39,805 bases of DNA from Mesotaenium endlicherianum (GCA_009602735.1 WELA01000930.1:62001-101805); one strand, 5' to 3'; numbered from the stretch's first letter, positions 29,201-38,666 are shown. Notes: generated by a model from the letters alone, not told the origin. Numbers and translations are program-made.

Positions 29201-29961
29201 AACAGATACCAAACCTTTTTACTTTACTCAATCTTTTGTTTGGCTGCCTGGCCATTGTGTGTATCATGCAAACAGGTCTTACTCTAGCGCCCCAGCCCGA
29301 TGGGGAAGACCTGGTGATGATTCCCGAGCGTATTTATATGGCCAGTCTGTTCATTGGCCTGGCCGCCCTCATTGATTTTTTCGACGGGTTCACTGCCAGG
29401 TTGCTCAAAGTGTCGTCCGACATAGGCAAGCAACTGGATTCACTGGCCGATGTGGTGAGTTTTGGTGTAGCGCCCGGACTGATTGCTTACCAGTTCCTCC
29501 GCCTGTGTTTTGCACAGCAGGAAAACGGATTGGACATCAATGCCCTTTGGTTATTACCGGCTTTCTTACTGCCTTGCGCCGGGGCTTACCGGTTGGCCCG
29601 TTTCAATATCGACACTACCCAGCGCAATGGTTTTGCGGGAGTGCCTATCCCCGCCGCAGGCCTGCTGGTGGCTTCTTTCCCGCTGATCTATTGGAATAGC
29701 AGCCAGCTTTGGATGCTGAAACTATTACTGAACAAGTGGTTCTGGTACCTGCTGGTAGTAGTACTCAGCTATCTCATGGTATCTACCCTGCCCATGATGG
29801 CATTGAAATTCAAAGCGCTGAGCTTTAAAAAGCTGTGGCCCTTTATCTTGCTGGCAGGTATTGCCGTGGTGGGAGCGTTGCTGGTTGGATGGTTGGCAGT
29901 TCCGGTGACGTTTATTGCGTATGTAATTTTATCTTTGTCGCTCAAACAACAGGAATCATGA
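29197..29961 (+). CDS. pssA: CDP-alcohol phosphatidyltransferase (phosphatidylserine synthase-like)
   Basis: IPNLFTLLN, DFFDG..AR...G..LDSLAD.VSFGVAP and RLARFN. ATGA overlap with pepP. Confidence 0.85.
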   Translation: MKQIPNLFTLLNLLFGCLAIVCIMQTGLTLAPQPDGEDLVMIPERIYMASLFIGLAALIDFFDGFTARLLKVSSDIGKQLDSLADVVSFGVAPGLIAYQFLRLCFAQQENGLDINALWLLPAFLLPCAGAYRLARFNIDTTQRNGFAGVPIPAAGLLVASFPLIYWNSSQLWMLKLLLNKWFWYLLVVVLSYLMVSTLPMMALKFKALSFKKLWPFILLAGIAVVGALLVGWLAVPVTFIAYVILSLSLKQQES

Positions 29962-30206
29962 CTTATAACGTGCAGATCAAAGTAATGCCTTTGAAAGATT
30001 TATTGGATCCCCAGGGTAAAGCCGTACTGGGTGGTTTACAGAACCTGGGCCTTGGAAATGTGGCCGATGTAAGGGTAGGCAAACATATTACTTTACAGAT
30101 CGATGCAGAAAATGAAGCCGCTGCCAAACAAATTGCCGATGAGGCCAGCAAAAAACTGCTCGCCAACCCGGTGATGGAGTTTTATGAAATAGAGTTCGTG
30201 AATTAA
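29958..30206 (+). CDS. purS: phosphoribosylformylglycinamidine synthase subunit PurS
   Basis: LLDPQGKAV, VRVGK and LLANPVME. ATG at 29958 overlaps the pssA stop. Confidence 0.93.
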   Translation: MTYNVQIKVMPLKDLLDPQGKAVLGGLQNLGLGNVADVRVGKHITLQIDAENEAAAKQIADEASKKLLANPVMEFYEIEFVN

Positions 30207-30214
30207 ATTGCTGA

Positions 30215-30883
30215 ATGCTGTATCTCGTTCCCACACCTTTAGGTAACTTAAAGGACATCACGCTGCGCGCACTCGAAGTGCTGAAACAGGCAGATGTGAT
30301 CCTCTGCGAGGATACACGTACTTCTTCGAAACTGCTGCAACACTACCAGGTTCAGAAACCTTTATCGCCTTATCACCAGCACAACGAGCATAAGATCGTT
30401 GAACACCTCACAGAACAGATGCATGCCGGGAAAACTTTTGCATTGATCACCGATGCAGGAACACCGGGCATATCGGATCCGGCCTTTCTGTTGGTGCGGC
30501 AATGCATAAAAGAAGGCATTCGAGTGGAATGTCTTCCTGGCGCAACCGCTTTTGTACCGGCATTGGTTAACAGCGGTATTCCTGCCAACCGTTTTGTATT
30601 TGAAGGATTTCTTCCGTTGAAAAAGGGCCGGCAAACTTTATTGAAACAACTGGTGCAGGAAGAGCGAACCATGGTCTTTTATGAAAGCCCCATGCGGCTG
30701 GTGAAAACACTGGAAGAGTTCATTACTTATTTCGGTCCTGACAGGCGCTGCAGCGTGAGCCGCGAACTCACCAAACTGTTCGAAGAAAACGCGAGGGGAA
30801 CCTTGCAGGAACTTTGTGAACATTTTAAATCCAAGGCCGTTAAAGGCGAGATTGTGATTGTACTTGCTGGTACGGAAGCTTAG
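30215..30883 (+). CDS. rsmI: 16S rRNA (cytidine1402-2'-O)-methyltransferase
   Basis: LYLVPTPLGNL.DIT, CEDTR, DAGTPGISDP, YESP.R, RELTK and KGE. Confidence 0.96.
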   Translation: MLYLVPTPLGNLKDITLRALEVLKQADVILCEDTRTSSKLLQHYQVQKPLSPYHQHNEHKIVEHLTEQMHAGKTFALITDAGTPGISDPAFLLVRQCIKEGIRVECLPGATAFVPALVNSGIPANRFVFEGFLPLKKGRQTLLKQLVQEERTMVFYESPMRLVKTLEEFITYFGPDRRCSVSRELTKLFEENARGTLQELCEHFKSKAVKGEIVIVLAGTEA

Positions 30884-30917
30884 AAGGCCTACATTTACCC
30901 TCCCAAAAGATCAACCG

Positions 30918-32789
30918 ATGATGGAAAGGAAATTACTTCGTGCGGCATTATTGCTGTTCATGGTATTACAATTAAGTGCATCCATTGCCCAGTCCAACCG
31001 CTGGCAGCAACGCATCAAATATAATATCAGCGTGCAGATGAATGTGGAAACCAACCACTTCACCGGTCATGAAAAGATCGATTACTGGAACAATTCGCCC
31101 GATACGCTCACACGTCTTTTCTTTCATCTGTATTGGAATGCCTTTCAGCCCAACAGCAGCATGGATGTGCGCAGCAGAGAACTGGGCAAAACAGTGCTTA
31201 CTGAACCTAAAAAAGACTTTGACGGGCGCGATTGGGACCAGCGCGTAAAAGACCGCATCAGCAAACTGAAACCAGATGAGATCGGTTACCAGAAAGTGAC
31301 CGCTATTAAGGTGAATGGTGTGGTGCAAACAACCAAAGAACACGAGACCATCCTGGAAGTGAAGTTGAATAAACCCATATTGCCCGGCAGTAAAACAGAA
31401 ATGGAACTGAGTTTTGAAGCTCAGGTGCCACTCCAGGTACGTCGTTCAGGTCGCGATAACAAAGAAGGCATCCGGTACAGCATGAGCCAATGGTACCCCA
31501 AGCTGGCAGAATACGATTACCAGGGATGGAACCCCAATCCGTATATCGCGCGCGAATTTTATGGTGTGTGGGGCGATTATGATGTGCGCGTCACCATCGA
31601 CAAAAATTATTTTGTTGCCGCCGGAGGTGATTTACTCAATGCCAATGAAATAGGAAGAGGTTATGAAGCAAGCGGCGTTAAGCCTGTTACGGCAACCGGC
31701 AATACGGTTACCTGGAACTGGCAGGCCAATAACGTGCATGATTTTGTGTGGGCGGCAGATCCACAATACAAAATGATCACGCGCAAACCGGTTAATGGCC
31801 CGCTCATCAGGGTAGTATACAAAGCCGTGGACTCACTGGAAGACCGCTGGCAGAAAATGGCCGATACGGCTGCATTGGCTTATCCCATCATGGGCAAAAC
31901 TTTCGGCGCCTATCCTTATAAGACCTATACATTTATCCAGGGAGGCGATGGCGGTATGGAATATCCCATGGCCACACTCATCAAAAGTGCGAGCGTAGGC
32001 ACGGCTTTGCACGAATGGATGCATAGTTGGTACCAGATGATGATGGGAACGAATGAATCGTTGTACCCCTGGATGGATGAAGGCTTTACAGATTATTCCA
32101 GCACCCGTGTATTATCGACTCTGCGCAACAAAGAAGGATTCTGGTACGAAGCGGCATATAAAAGTTATTTCAACCTGGCCAAAAGCGGATATGAAGAGCC
32201 GGCTTCTACCCATGCCGATCATTACAATACCAATTATGCGTACGCTGCGGCTGCGTATAGCAAAGGAGCTGTATTCCTTTCACAGCTGGGATATATAGTA
32301 GGTGATAGTGTGCGTGATAAAATATTGCTGACCTACTACAAAGAATGGCATTTCAAACATCCGAACCCCAATGATTTCATGCGTGTTGCCGAACAGGTAA
32401 GCGGCATTGAACTCAACTGGTACAAGGAATACTGGATCTACACTACCAAGACCATCGACTATGCAGTAGGCGATATCAATATAGTGGATGGCAAAACACA
32501 GGTAACACTGCACCGATTAGGGAAGATGCCCATGCCGGTAGATGTACTCATCACATACAAAGACGGCACCCAGGAAGCACATACCATTCCGCTTGATCTG
32601 ATGTTCGGCAGTAAATTACCCGAGAGCCGCATGCCGGTGATCACAGATACTGAATGGCGTTGGACACATCCGGAGTACATGCTCACGATCAAGGGAAATA
32701 TACAAAACCTTAAATCCATTGAAATAGATCCTTCTCAACGCATGGCGGATGTGAACAGGAATAATAATAAACTGGTGATACCCGATTAA
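30918..32789 (+). CDS. secreted M1-family metalloaminopeptidase
   Basis: GGMEYP, HEWMH...WMDEG and AYSKG motifs. Signal peptide from MMERK (30918). Confidence 0.9.
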   Translation: MMERKLLRAALLLFMVLQLSASIAQSNRWQQRIKYNISVQMNVETNHFTGHEKIDYWNNSPDTLTRLFFHLYWNAFQPNSSMDVRSRELGKTVLTEPKKDFDGRDWDQRVKDRISKLKPDEIGYQKVTAIKVNGVVQTTKEHETILEVKLNKPILPGSKTEMELSFEAQVPLQVRRSGRDNKEGIRYSMSQWYPKLAEYDYQGWNPNPYIAREFYGVWGDYDVRVTIDKNYFVAAGGDLLNANEIGRGYEASGVKPVTATGNTVTWNWQANNVHDFVWAADPQYKMITRKPVNGPLIRVVYKAVDSLEDRWQKMADTAALAYPIMGKTFGAYPYKTYTFIQGGDGGMEYPMATLIKSASVGTALHEWMHSWYQMMMGTNESLYPWMDEGFTDYSSTRVLSTLRNKEGFWYEAAYKSYFNLAKSGYEEPASTHADHYNTNYAYAAAAYSKGAVFLSQLGYIVGDSVRDKILLTYYKEWHFKHPNPNDFMRVAEQVSGIELNWYKEYWIYTTKTIDYAVGDINIVDGKTQVTLHRLGKMPMPVDVLITYKDGTQEAHTIPLDLMFGSKLPESRMPVITDTEWRWTHPEYMLTIKGNIQNLKSIEIDPSQRMADVNRNNNKLVIPD

Positions 32790-32797
32790 TACTCGAC

Positions 32798-32877
32798 CGT
32801 CATCCCGAGCGTAGCCGAGGGATCTCATGAAGTTGTCAGCAGATCCCTCGACTCGCGTTCGCTCGCTCGGGATGACG
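32798..32877. repeat. CGTC-type REP-like palindromic element between convergent genes
   Basis: CGTCATCCCGAGCG...CGAGGGATCT-loop-AGATCCCTCG...CGCTCGGGATGACG. Confidence 0.85.
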
Positions 32878-32886
32878 ATGAAGGGG

Positions 32887-33531
32887 TTATTTCGCTACGT
32901 GTAGTATGTACTTGTCTTCGAAATAAGCTTCCGGGAAAATCTTGTCCACCGGCATCATGCGCGGTCGTAAACGGCTCTCGGAGATTTCCTGTGCTAGATC
33001 ACCGCCTTTGAGGCAGATGAGTCCGTTGGCAATTTCCTGATTGCCGCCTTTTTTCAACAGAGGCGCACTCCATTGCCAGAGGTCTTTCAAAGGCGCTACC
33101 GCACGCGAAACAGCAAAATCGAATTTTCTGTTTTTGATTTCTTCGGCACGCGTATGTTGTGTGGTGATGTTTTGAATACCTGTGGCTTCAGCAACAGCAT
33201 CCACCACTTTTAATTTCTTGGCAATACTATCTACCAAATGGAATTTTACTTCGGGAAAAAAGATCGCCAGCGGTACGCCGGGAAAACCGCCGCCACAACC
33301 GATATCGATCACATGGGTGCCCGGCTGCCAGTTAGCAATAGCGGCAATGCTCAGCGAATGCAATACATGGTGCAGGTAAATGCTATCGATGTCCTTCCGT
33401 GATATCACATTGATCCTGGCGTTCCATTCCTTATACAATTCTTCGAGTGCAGCCAGTTGCTGCAACTGCACTTCATTGAAATCATCGAAGTATTGTAAGA
33501 TCAGTTCCAGTTTTTGCGGGGCGCTTTCCAT
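32887..33531 (-). CDS. rsmG: 16S rRNA m7G527 methyltransferase
   Basis: WNARINVIS, HVLHSL, DIGCGGGFPG, SRAVA and LKG. Start at MESAPQK (33531). Confidence 0.95.
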   Translation of the reverse strand: MESAPQKLELILQYFDDFNEVQLQQLAALEELYKEWNARINVISRKDIDSIYLHHVLHSLSIAAIANWQPGTHVIDIGCGGGFPGVPLAIFFPEVKFHLVDSIAKKLKVVDAVAEATGIQNITTQHTRAEEIKNRKFDFAVSRAVAPLKDLWQWSAPLLKKGGNQEIANGLICLKGGDLAQEISESRLRPRMMPVDKIFPEAYFEDKYILHVAK

Positions 33532-34625
33532 ATAGCAGGTAAAGTAAACATATAATAGAAGAACATCCAGATATCCATGAAGAGGAACCAGGGCCAGAGA
33601 TCGGCTTCGTTTAACTTTTTCATACTCTTGAACAACACAATGGCCTGGATGATGAAACGAACCCCGTACACCGCCAACGCCATCCACCAATAATGAGAAA
33701 GGAGGGTAACGGCCAATAAAGGATAAATGAAAAACAAGGTCAGCGAATACAATCCCAGCCACCTTTTATGTGCCCCTTTGTAATATTTGCTGGTAGTATA
33801 ATGACGGTATTTCTGCGACATCCAGTCGTTCCAGGTGGTCTTGGGTTCGCTCAATGTATGCGATGCCGGATCAATGCATATCGCCGTATTGGTTGCATTG
33901 GCTACCTGGTTGATAAAGAGATCATCATCACCACTGGGTATCTGGTTGATGGAAGAAAAACCTTTATTGCGTAAGAATACTTCTTTCTTATAGCTGAGGT
34001 TACGCCCCACACCCATATAGGGCTTGCCTGCCAACGCATACGAAAGGTATTGCAGTGCGGTATGGAAGGTCTCGAAACGGATCAGTTTGTTCAGCAGGCC
34101 GGGTTTTTTATGATATGCTCCATAACCCAGTACGATCTCTACCTGCTCATCGTAGCTGTCCTGCAATTGCTGTATCCAGAATTCGCTGGCCGGTACACAG
34201 TCGGCATCGGTAAGCAACACGATCTCGTATTTGGCGCTGCGGATACCCATGGATAAAGGGAATTTCTTGCCGCTGATCATTTTGGCTTCCTGGGTGAGGG
34301 GTATATAATTGATGTTCTTGAACGATTTCATGAACTCATCTACCAGGTATTTGGTGTCATCGGTTGAATTATCGTTCACCAGCACTACCTCAAAGCTCGT
34401 CTTATAATCCTGTACCAGTATGCCCGGCAATGTCTTTACCAGGTTATGCGCTTCATCACGCGCGCACACAATAACGGACACAGGGTGTTCAATGCTGAGG
34501 GAACGTTGGGGCGCGGTATAAAAAGCAAGTCTGCGGAAAAAGAAGAGATAGTAAAAGACCTGGATGGCGATCACTGCACAGAACAGGTAGTAGGCAATGT
34601 CCCAGGTCAGCGGCGGTATAGTCAT
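33501..34625 (-). CDS. membrane glycosyltransferase family 2
   Basis: SVIVCARDE, VNDNSTD, TDADC, SGDDDL and QKYRH motifs with TM ends. Confidence 0.9.
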   Translation of the reverse strand: MTIPPLTWDIAYYLFCAVIAIQVFYYLFFFRRLAFYTAPQRSLSIEHPVSVIVCARDEAHNLVKTLPGILVQDYKTSFEVVLVNDNSTDDTKYLVDEFMKSFKNINYIPLTQEAKMISGKKFPLSMGIRSAKYEIVLLTDADCVPASEFWIQQLQDSYDEQVEIVLGYGAYHKKPGLLNKLIRFETFHTALQYLSYALAGKPYMGVGRNLSYKKEVFLRNKGFSSINQIPSGDDDLFINQVANATNTAICIDPASHTLSEPKTTWNDWMSQKYRHYTTSKYYKGAHKRWLGLYSLTLFFIYPLLAVTLLSHYWWMALAVYGVRFIIQAIVLFKSMKKLNEADLWPWFLFMDIWMFFYYMFTLPAIWKAPRKNWN

Positions 34626-34663
34626 GCGGCAAAAATAAAGCTTTCAACTTATTTTTGCGCCCT
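34626..34663. promoter_or_regulatory. back-to-back divergent -7 promoter boxes for GT2 and tgt
   Basis: TATTTTTG on minus (34630-34637) and on plus (34650-34657), 4 and 6 nt from the respective ATGs. Confidence 0.7.
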
Positions 34664-35806
34664 ATGGCAGCGTTGACCTTTGAATTGCAGGCATCAGGAA
34701 TAGCGGGCTCCGAAGCGAGGGCGGGTAAGATCCGTACCGATCATGGGGAAATTATTACCCCCATTTTCATGCCGGTGGGAACGGTAGGAAGCGTGAAAGC
34801 CGTTACCAAACAACAGTTGAAAGACGATGTGCAGGCGCAGATCATCTTAGGCAATACCTATCATTTATACCTGCGGCCCGGCACCGGCGTGCTGGAAGCG
34901 GCGGGCGGTTTGCATCGTTTCAACGGGTGGGACCGGCCCATCCTCACCGATAGCGGCGGCTACCAGGTGTTTTCACTGGCCGGTAACCGTAAGATCAAAG
35001 AAGAAGGCGTATGGTTCCAGTCGCATATCGACGGTAGCCGTCACCTTTTCTCACCCGAATCGGTGATGGATATACAACGGTCCATCGGCGCCGATATCAT
35101 GATGGCTTTTGATGAATGTCAGCCTTATCCCAGCGAATACCACTATGCGAAAAAAAGCATGGAACTCACGCATCGCTGGCTCGACAGGTGCATACAGCGA
35201 TTGGCTGAAACACCCGATAAATACGGCTATACACAGAACCTGTTCCCCATTGTACAGGGTAGCACTTACAAAGACCTCCGCGATGCTTCCTGTGATTATA
35301 TCGCTTCGAAAAATGCGGTGGGTAATGCCATAGGCGGACTCAGTGTGGGTGAACCCGAAGACATGATGTATGAATTCACCGAAAGCTGTGCCAGCCGCCT
35401 GCCCTTCAACAAACCACGTTATCTCATGGGAGTAGGTACGCCCTGGAACATACTGGAATGCATTCACCGGGGGATCGATCTTTTCGATTGTGTGATGCCC
35501 ACGCGCAATGGACGCAATGGCATGCTGTTTACCACACAGGGCGTTGTGAATATCCGGAATAAAAAATGGGCCACCGATTTCAGTCCCATTGATCCCGGCC
35601 TTCCCAATGAAATGAGCCAGTATTATACGAAAGCTTACCTGAGGCACCTGTTCGTATCGGAAGAACTGCTGGGCTTGCAACTGGCCAGCCTGCAGAACCT
35701 GTCGTTCTACCTCTGGCTCGTGGGCGAAGCCCGCAAACACATCCTGGGAGGCGATTTTGTTTCATGGAAAAATGAAATGGTGCAGATTGTTAAACAGCGG
35801 TTATAG
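34664..35806 (+). CDS. tgt: tRNA-guanine(34) transglycosylase
   Basis: TPIFMPVGT, NTYHL, TDSGGYQVFSL, FDEC, GGLSVGE and FDCVMPTR. ATG at 34664. Confidence 0.97.
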   Translation: MAALTFELQASGIAGSEARAGKIRTDHGEIITPIFMPVGTVGSVKAVTKQQLKDDVQAQIILGNTYHLYLRPGTGVLEAAGGLHRFNGWDRPILTDSGGYQVFSLAGNRKIKEEGVWFQSHIDGSRHLFSPESVMDIQRSIGADIMMAFDECQPYPSEYHYAKKSMELTHRWLDRCIQRLAETPDKYGYTQNLFPIVQGSTYKDLRDASCDYIASKNAVGNAIGGLSVGEPEDMMYEFTESCASRLPFNKPRYLMGVGTPWNILECIHRGIDLFDCVMPTRNGRNGMLFTTQGVVNIRNKKWATDFSPIDPGLPNEMSQYYTKAYLRHLFVSEELLGLQLASLQNLSFYLWLVGEARKHILGGDFVSWKNEMVQIVKQRL

Positions 35807-35845
35807 TTCGGCGATGCTGCCGGGCAGAACAGTATATTTGTATAA

Positions 35846-36937
35846 ATGAAGAAACTCGACTGGTACATACTGAAGAAATTCCTTACCACTTTTTTCTTCG
35901 CCATCTTTCTCTTCACCATCATTTCCGTGGTGGTGGATATCAGTGAGAAGACGGAAGACTTCAACAGGTCGCACCTGAGTGCCGGGCGTATCATCACCGA
36001 TTATTATTATGGCTTTGTGCCGCATATCATTGCCTTGCTGTTTCCTTTGTTTGTATTTCTTGCAGTGATCTTTTTTACTTCCAAAATGGCGGGTAAAAGT
36101 GAGATCATTGCCATACTGGCCAGCGGCACCAGCTATAACCGGTGGCTGCGGCCTTATTGGATAGGAGGCGTAATACTGGCTGTATTATTGTGGTTTGCCA
36201 ATCGATATGTAGTGCCCCGCGCGAACCAGATCAGGGGAACTTTTGAAGCCAGGTATGTCGATAACAATTCTTCTTACAATGCTTTGCTCAGCACCAGCAG
36301 TAATATTTACCTGCGGATAGATTCGTTTACCTATGCGGGCATTTATTCGTATGATACGCTGGGTAAAAGAGGCGGGCCTTTTTTTGCTTATAAAGTGAAG
36401 AATGGAAAAGTGATAGAGAATATGCGGGCCGATGGAATTATTTGGGATGCGCCTACTAAAAAATGGAAGCTGGAGTACCTGGTAGACCGTAAAGTAGAGC
36501 CATTGAAAGAACAGATGAGCATGAATTTCAACCAAAGCATGCAATTCAATTTCAAGCCCTACGATCTCAGCAGGGATAAATACACGAAAGATAAACTGAC
36601 CACACCCGACCTCGACCGGTTCATCAAACTGGAAGAATTGCGTGGCTCTGAGGGACTCAACGACCTCAAAGTAGAACGGTATCGCCGCGATGCCACCTGT
36701 GTAACGGTATTGCTTCTGACCCTGATTGGTGCGATTGTGGGCGGCCGTAAAGTGAGGGGTGGAAGCGGGGTACACCTGGCGGTGGGCTTTGTAACGGCTG
36801 CCCTGTTCATCATCACCGACCGCTTTTCTACCATCTTTTCCACTAAGGGCAGCCTGCCTCCCTTGCTGGCGGCCTGGATACCCAATATCATATTTGTTTT
36901 TGTAATTATGCGACTTTATAAGCGGGCTCCCAAGTAG
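35846..36937 (+). CDS. LptF/LptG family LPS export permease
   Basis: LD.YILK.FL, SEIIAILASG.S and LAAWIPN motifs with 3+3 TM layout. TATATTTG box at 35833-35840. Confidence 0.9.
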   Translation: MKKLDWYILKKFLTTFFFAIFLFTIISVVVDISEKTEDFNRSHLSAGRIITDYYYGFVPHIIALLFPLFVFLAVIFFTSKMAGKSEIIAILASGTSYNRWLRPYWIGGVILAVLLWFANRYVVPRANQIRGTFEARYVDNNSSYNALLSTSSNIYLRIDSFTYAGIYSYDTLGKRGGPFFAYKVKNGKVIENMRADGIIWDAPTKKWKLEYLVDRKVEPLKEQMSMNFNQSMQFNFKPYDLSRDKYTKDKLTTPDLDRFIKLEELRGSEGLNDLKVERYRRDATCVTVLLLTLIGAIVGGRKVRGGSGVHLAVGFVTAALFIITDRFSTIFSTKGSLPPLLAAWIPNIIFVFVIMRLYKRAPK

Positions 36938-37071
36938 AATTTACCTTTATTTAAAGTGATTCGTCCTAATTCATTTGTTACCAATAGCAAGTTGCGTTAC
37001 CTTTAGCCATCCATTTTTTAACATCAGGAACAGATTGTATATAATCTGTTACATTTCATAAAAAAAGTGTC

Positions 37072-38394
37072 ATGGGGACGATCAAAGAGCGGTTCAAGGT
37101 AACAGCGGACGCGGCTAACACAGAAATCAAAGAATTATTAAAAGAACACGGCAGCAAGAAAATTGGCGAAGTAACACTTGCACAGATTTACCAGGGAATG
37201 AGGGGTATGACCGGACTGGTTACAGAAACCAGTTTACTCGATGCACAGGAAGGCATCCGTTTTCGCGGGTATTCCATTCCTGAACTGCAACAGCAATTGC
37301 CTAAAGCGCCCGAAGGCGGTGAGCCCTTACCCGAAGGATTGTTTTACCTGATGTTGATGGGTGAATTGCCCACGGAAGAAGATGCCGCGGAGATCACCAG
37401 TTTGTGGCAACGCCGCAGCCATGTGCCCAATCATGTATTTGATATCATTGATGCATTGCCTATCAATACGCATCCCATGACCATGTTCGTTACGGGCGTG
37501 ATGGCCTTGCAAACAGAAAGCAATTTTGCCAAGGAATATGCCAAGGGCATCAATAAAAAAGATTACTGGAATGCTATCTACGACGATGCGATGGACCTGA
37601 TTGCCAGGCTGCCGCGTATCGCCGCTTATATCTATCGCAGGAAATACAAGAACAACGATCATATACAGCCGAACGGATTGCTCGACTGGGCCGGTAACCT
37701 GGCCCACATGATGGGCTTTGAAGATGAAAGCTTCAAAGAACTGATGCGTTTGTATATGACCATTCACGCCGATCATGAGGGCGGAAACGTATCGGCACAT
37801 ACTACACACCTGGTGGGTTCTGCGCTGAGCGATCCTTTCCTGAGTTATGCCGCAGGTATGAACGGACTCGCGGGTCCCTTGCACGGACTGGCTAACCAGG
37901 AAGTGATCAAGTGGATATTTGAGATGCAGGAAGAGTTGGGTACCGATGATCCTTCCAAAGAACAAATAGAAGAGTACGTTCGTAAAACCTTGTCATCCGG
38001 TAAAGTAGTGCCCGGTTACGGACATGCTGTATTGCGTAAGACCGATCCGCGTTTCACTGCGCAGATGGAATTTGGTAAGAAGCACATGCCCGATGATAAA
38101 CTGGTAAATACAGTTTGGAAAATTTACGATACGGTGCCGCCCATTCTGCAGTCGCTGGGTAAGATCAAAAACCCCTGGCCCAACGTAGATGCGCATAGCG
38201 GCGCTTTACTGGTGCATTATGGATTGGTAGAATACGAGTTCTATACCGTATTGTTTGCCGTAAGCCGTGCATTGGGCGTACTGGCCAGTCTCTGCTGGGA
38301 TCGTGCCCTCGGATTCCCGCTCGAAAGACCTAAATCTGTTACTACACAATCCGTGAAGCTTTGGCTCGAAGGCAAGGGAGAGATATGGGAATAA
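37072..38394 (+). CDS. gltA: citrate (Si)-synthase, eukaryote-like type
   Basis: ETSLLD..EGIRFRG, DHEGGNVSAH, GPLHGLANQEV, PGYGHAVLRKTDPR, PNVDAHSG and ERPKS. Confidence 0.95.
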   Translation: MGTIKERFKVTADAANTEIKELLKEHGSKKIGEVTLAQIYQGMRGMTGLVTETSLLDAQEGIRFRGYSIPELQQQLPKAPEGGEPLPEGLFYLMLMGELPTEEDAAEITSLWQRRSHVPNHVFDIIDALPINTHPMTMFVTGVMALQTESNFAKEYAKGINKKDYWNAIYDDAMDLIARLPRIAAYIYRRKYKNNDHIQPNGLLDWAGNLAHMMGFEDESFKELMRLYMTIHADHEGGNVSAHTTHLVGSALSDPFLSYAAGMNGLAGPLHGLANQEVIKWIFEMQEELGTDDPSKEQIEEYVRKTLSSGKVVPGYGHAVLRKTDPRFTAQMEFGKKHMPDDKLVNTVWKIYDTVPPILQSLGKIKNPWPNVDAHSGALLVHYGLVEYEFYTVLFAVSRALGVLASLCWDRALGFPLERPKSVTTQSVKLWLEGKGEIWE

Positions 38395-38491
38395 ATTTTT
38401 TCGTATCTACTGCATCTTCTAGCTTTGCAGTGAATCCCTGCGATGCCGCTGTTTAGCTTTTGTGCTAATTAAGTTTGCAGGTTAAGTTTTT

Positions 38492-38518
38492 AAAGAGCCC
38501 TTTTTAAGGCTCTTTTTT
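38492..38518 (+). terminator. intrinsic terminator after gltA
   Basis: AAAGAGCC-loop-GGCTCTTT followed by a T run. Confidence 0.75.
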
Positions 38519-38572
38519 ATGCTGTAATAACGATCTAGCAAACTAAAATTTTGACAGCTTCTTCCCAGGTCC

Positions 38573-38580
38573 TACATTTG
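38573..38580 (+). promoter_or_regulatory. -7 box of tRNA-Ala promoter
   Basis: TACATTTG 12 nt upstream of the tRNA. Confidence 0.65.
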
Positions 38581-38592
38581 CAGTCCTCTATT

Positions 38593-38608
38593 GGGGGATT
38601 AGCTCAGT

Positions 38609-38639
<31 letters not shown>

Positions 38640-38666
38640 CCACCGGTTCGAATCCGGTATTCTCCA
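38593..38666 (+). tRNA. tRNA-Ala(GGC)
   Basis: Cloverleaf with acceptor GGGGGAT/ATTCTCC (G3.U70), D arm GCTC/GAGC, anticodon arm CTTGC-ATGGCAT-GCAAG and T loop TTCGAAT. CCA not encoded. Confidence 0.97.

Noticed and set aside
32831..32839. AGTTGTCAG in the REP loop matches the heptamer-element unit
   Set aside because: A single 9-mer match is compatible with chance in 40 kb.
33532..33762. Extended rsmG N-terminus (similarly pssA from 29116, purS from 29835 and M1 peptidase from 30858)
   Set aside because: Extensions lie within neighbouring genes. Downstream ATGs match family lengths.
37072..38394. Eukaryote-like citrate synthase as recent horizontal transfer
   Set aside because: This type is known in Bacteroidota, and the gene's composition looks like that of its neighbours.
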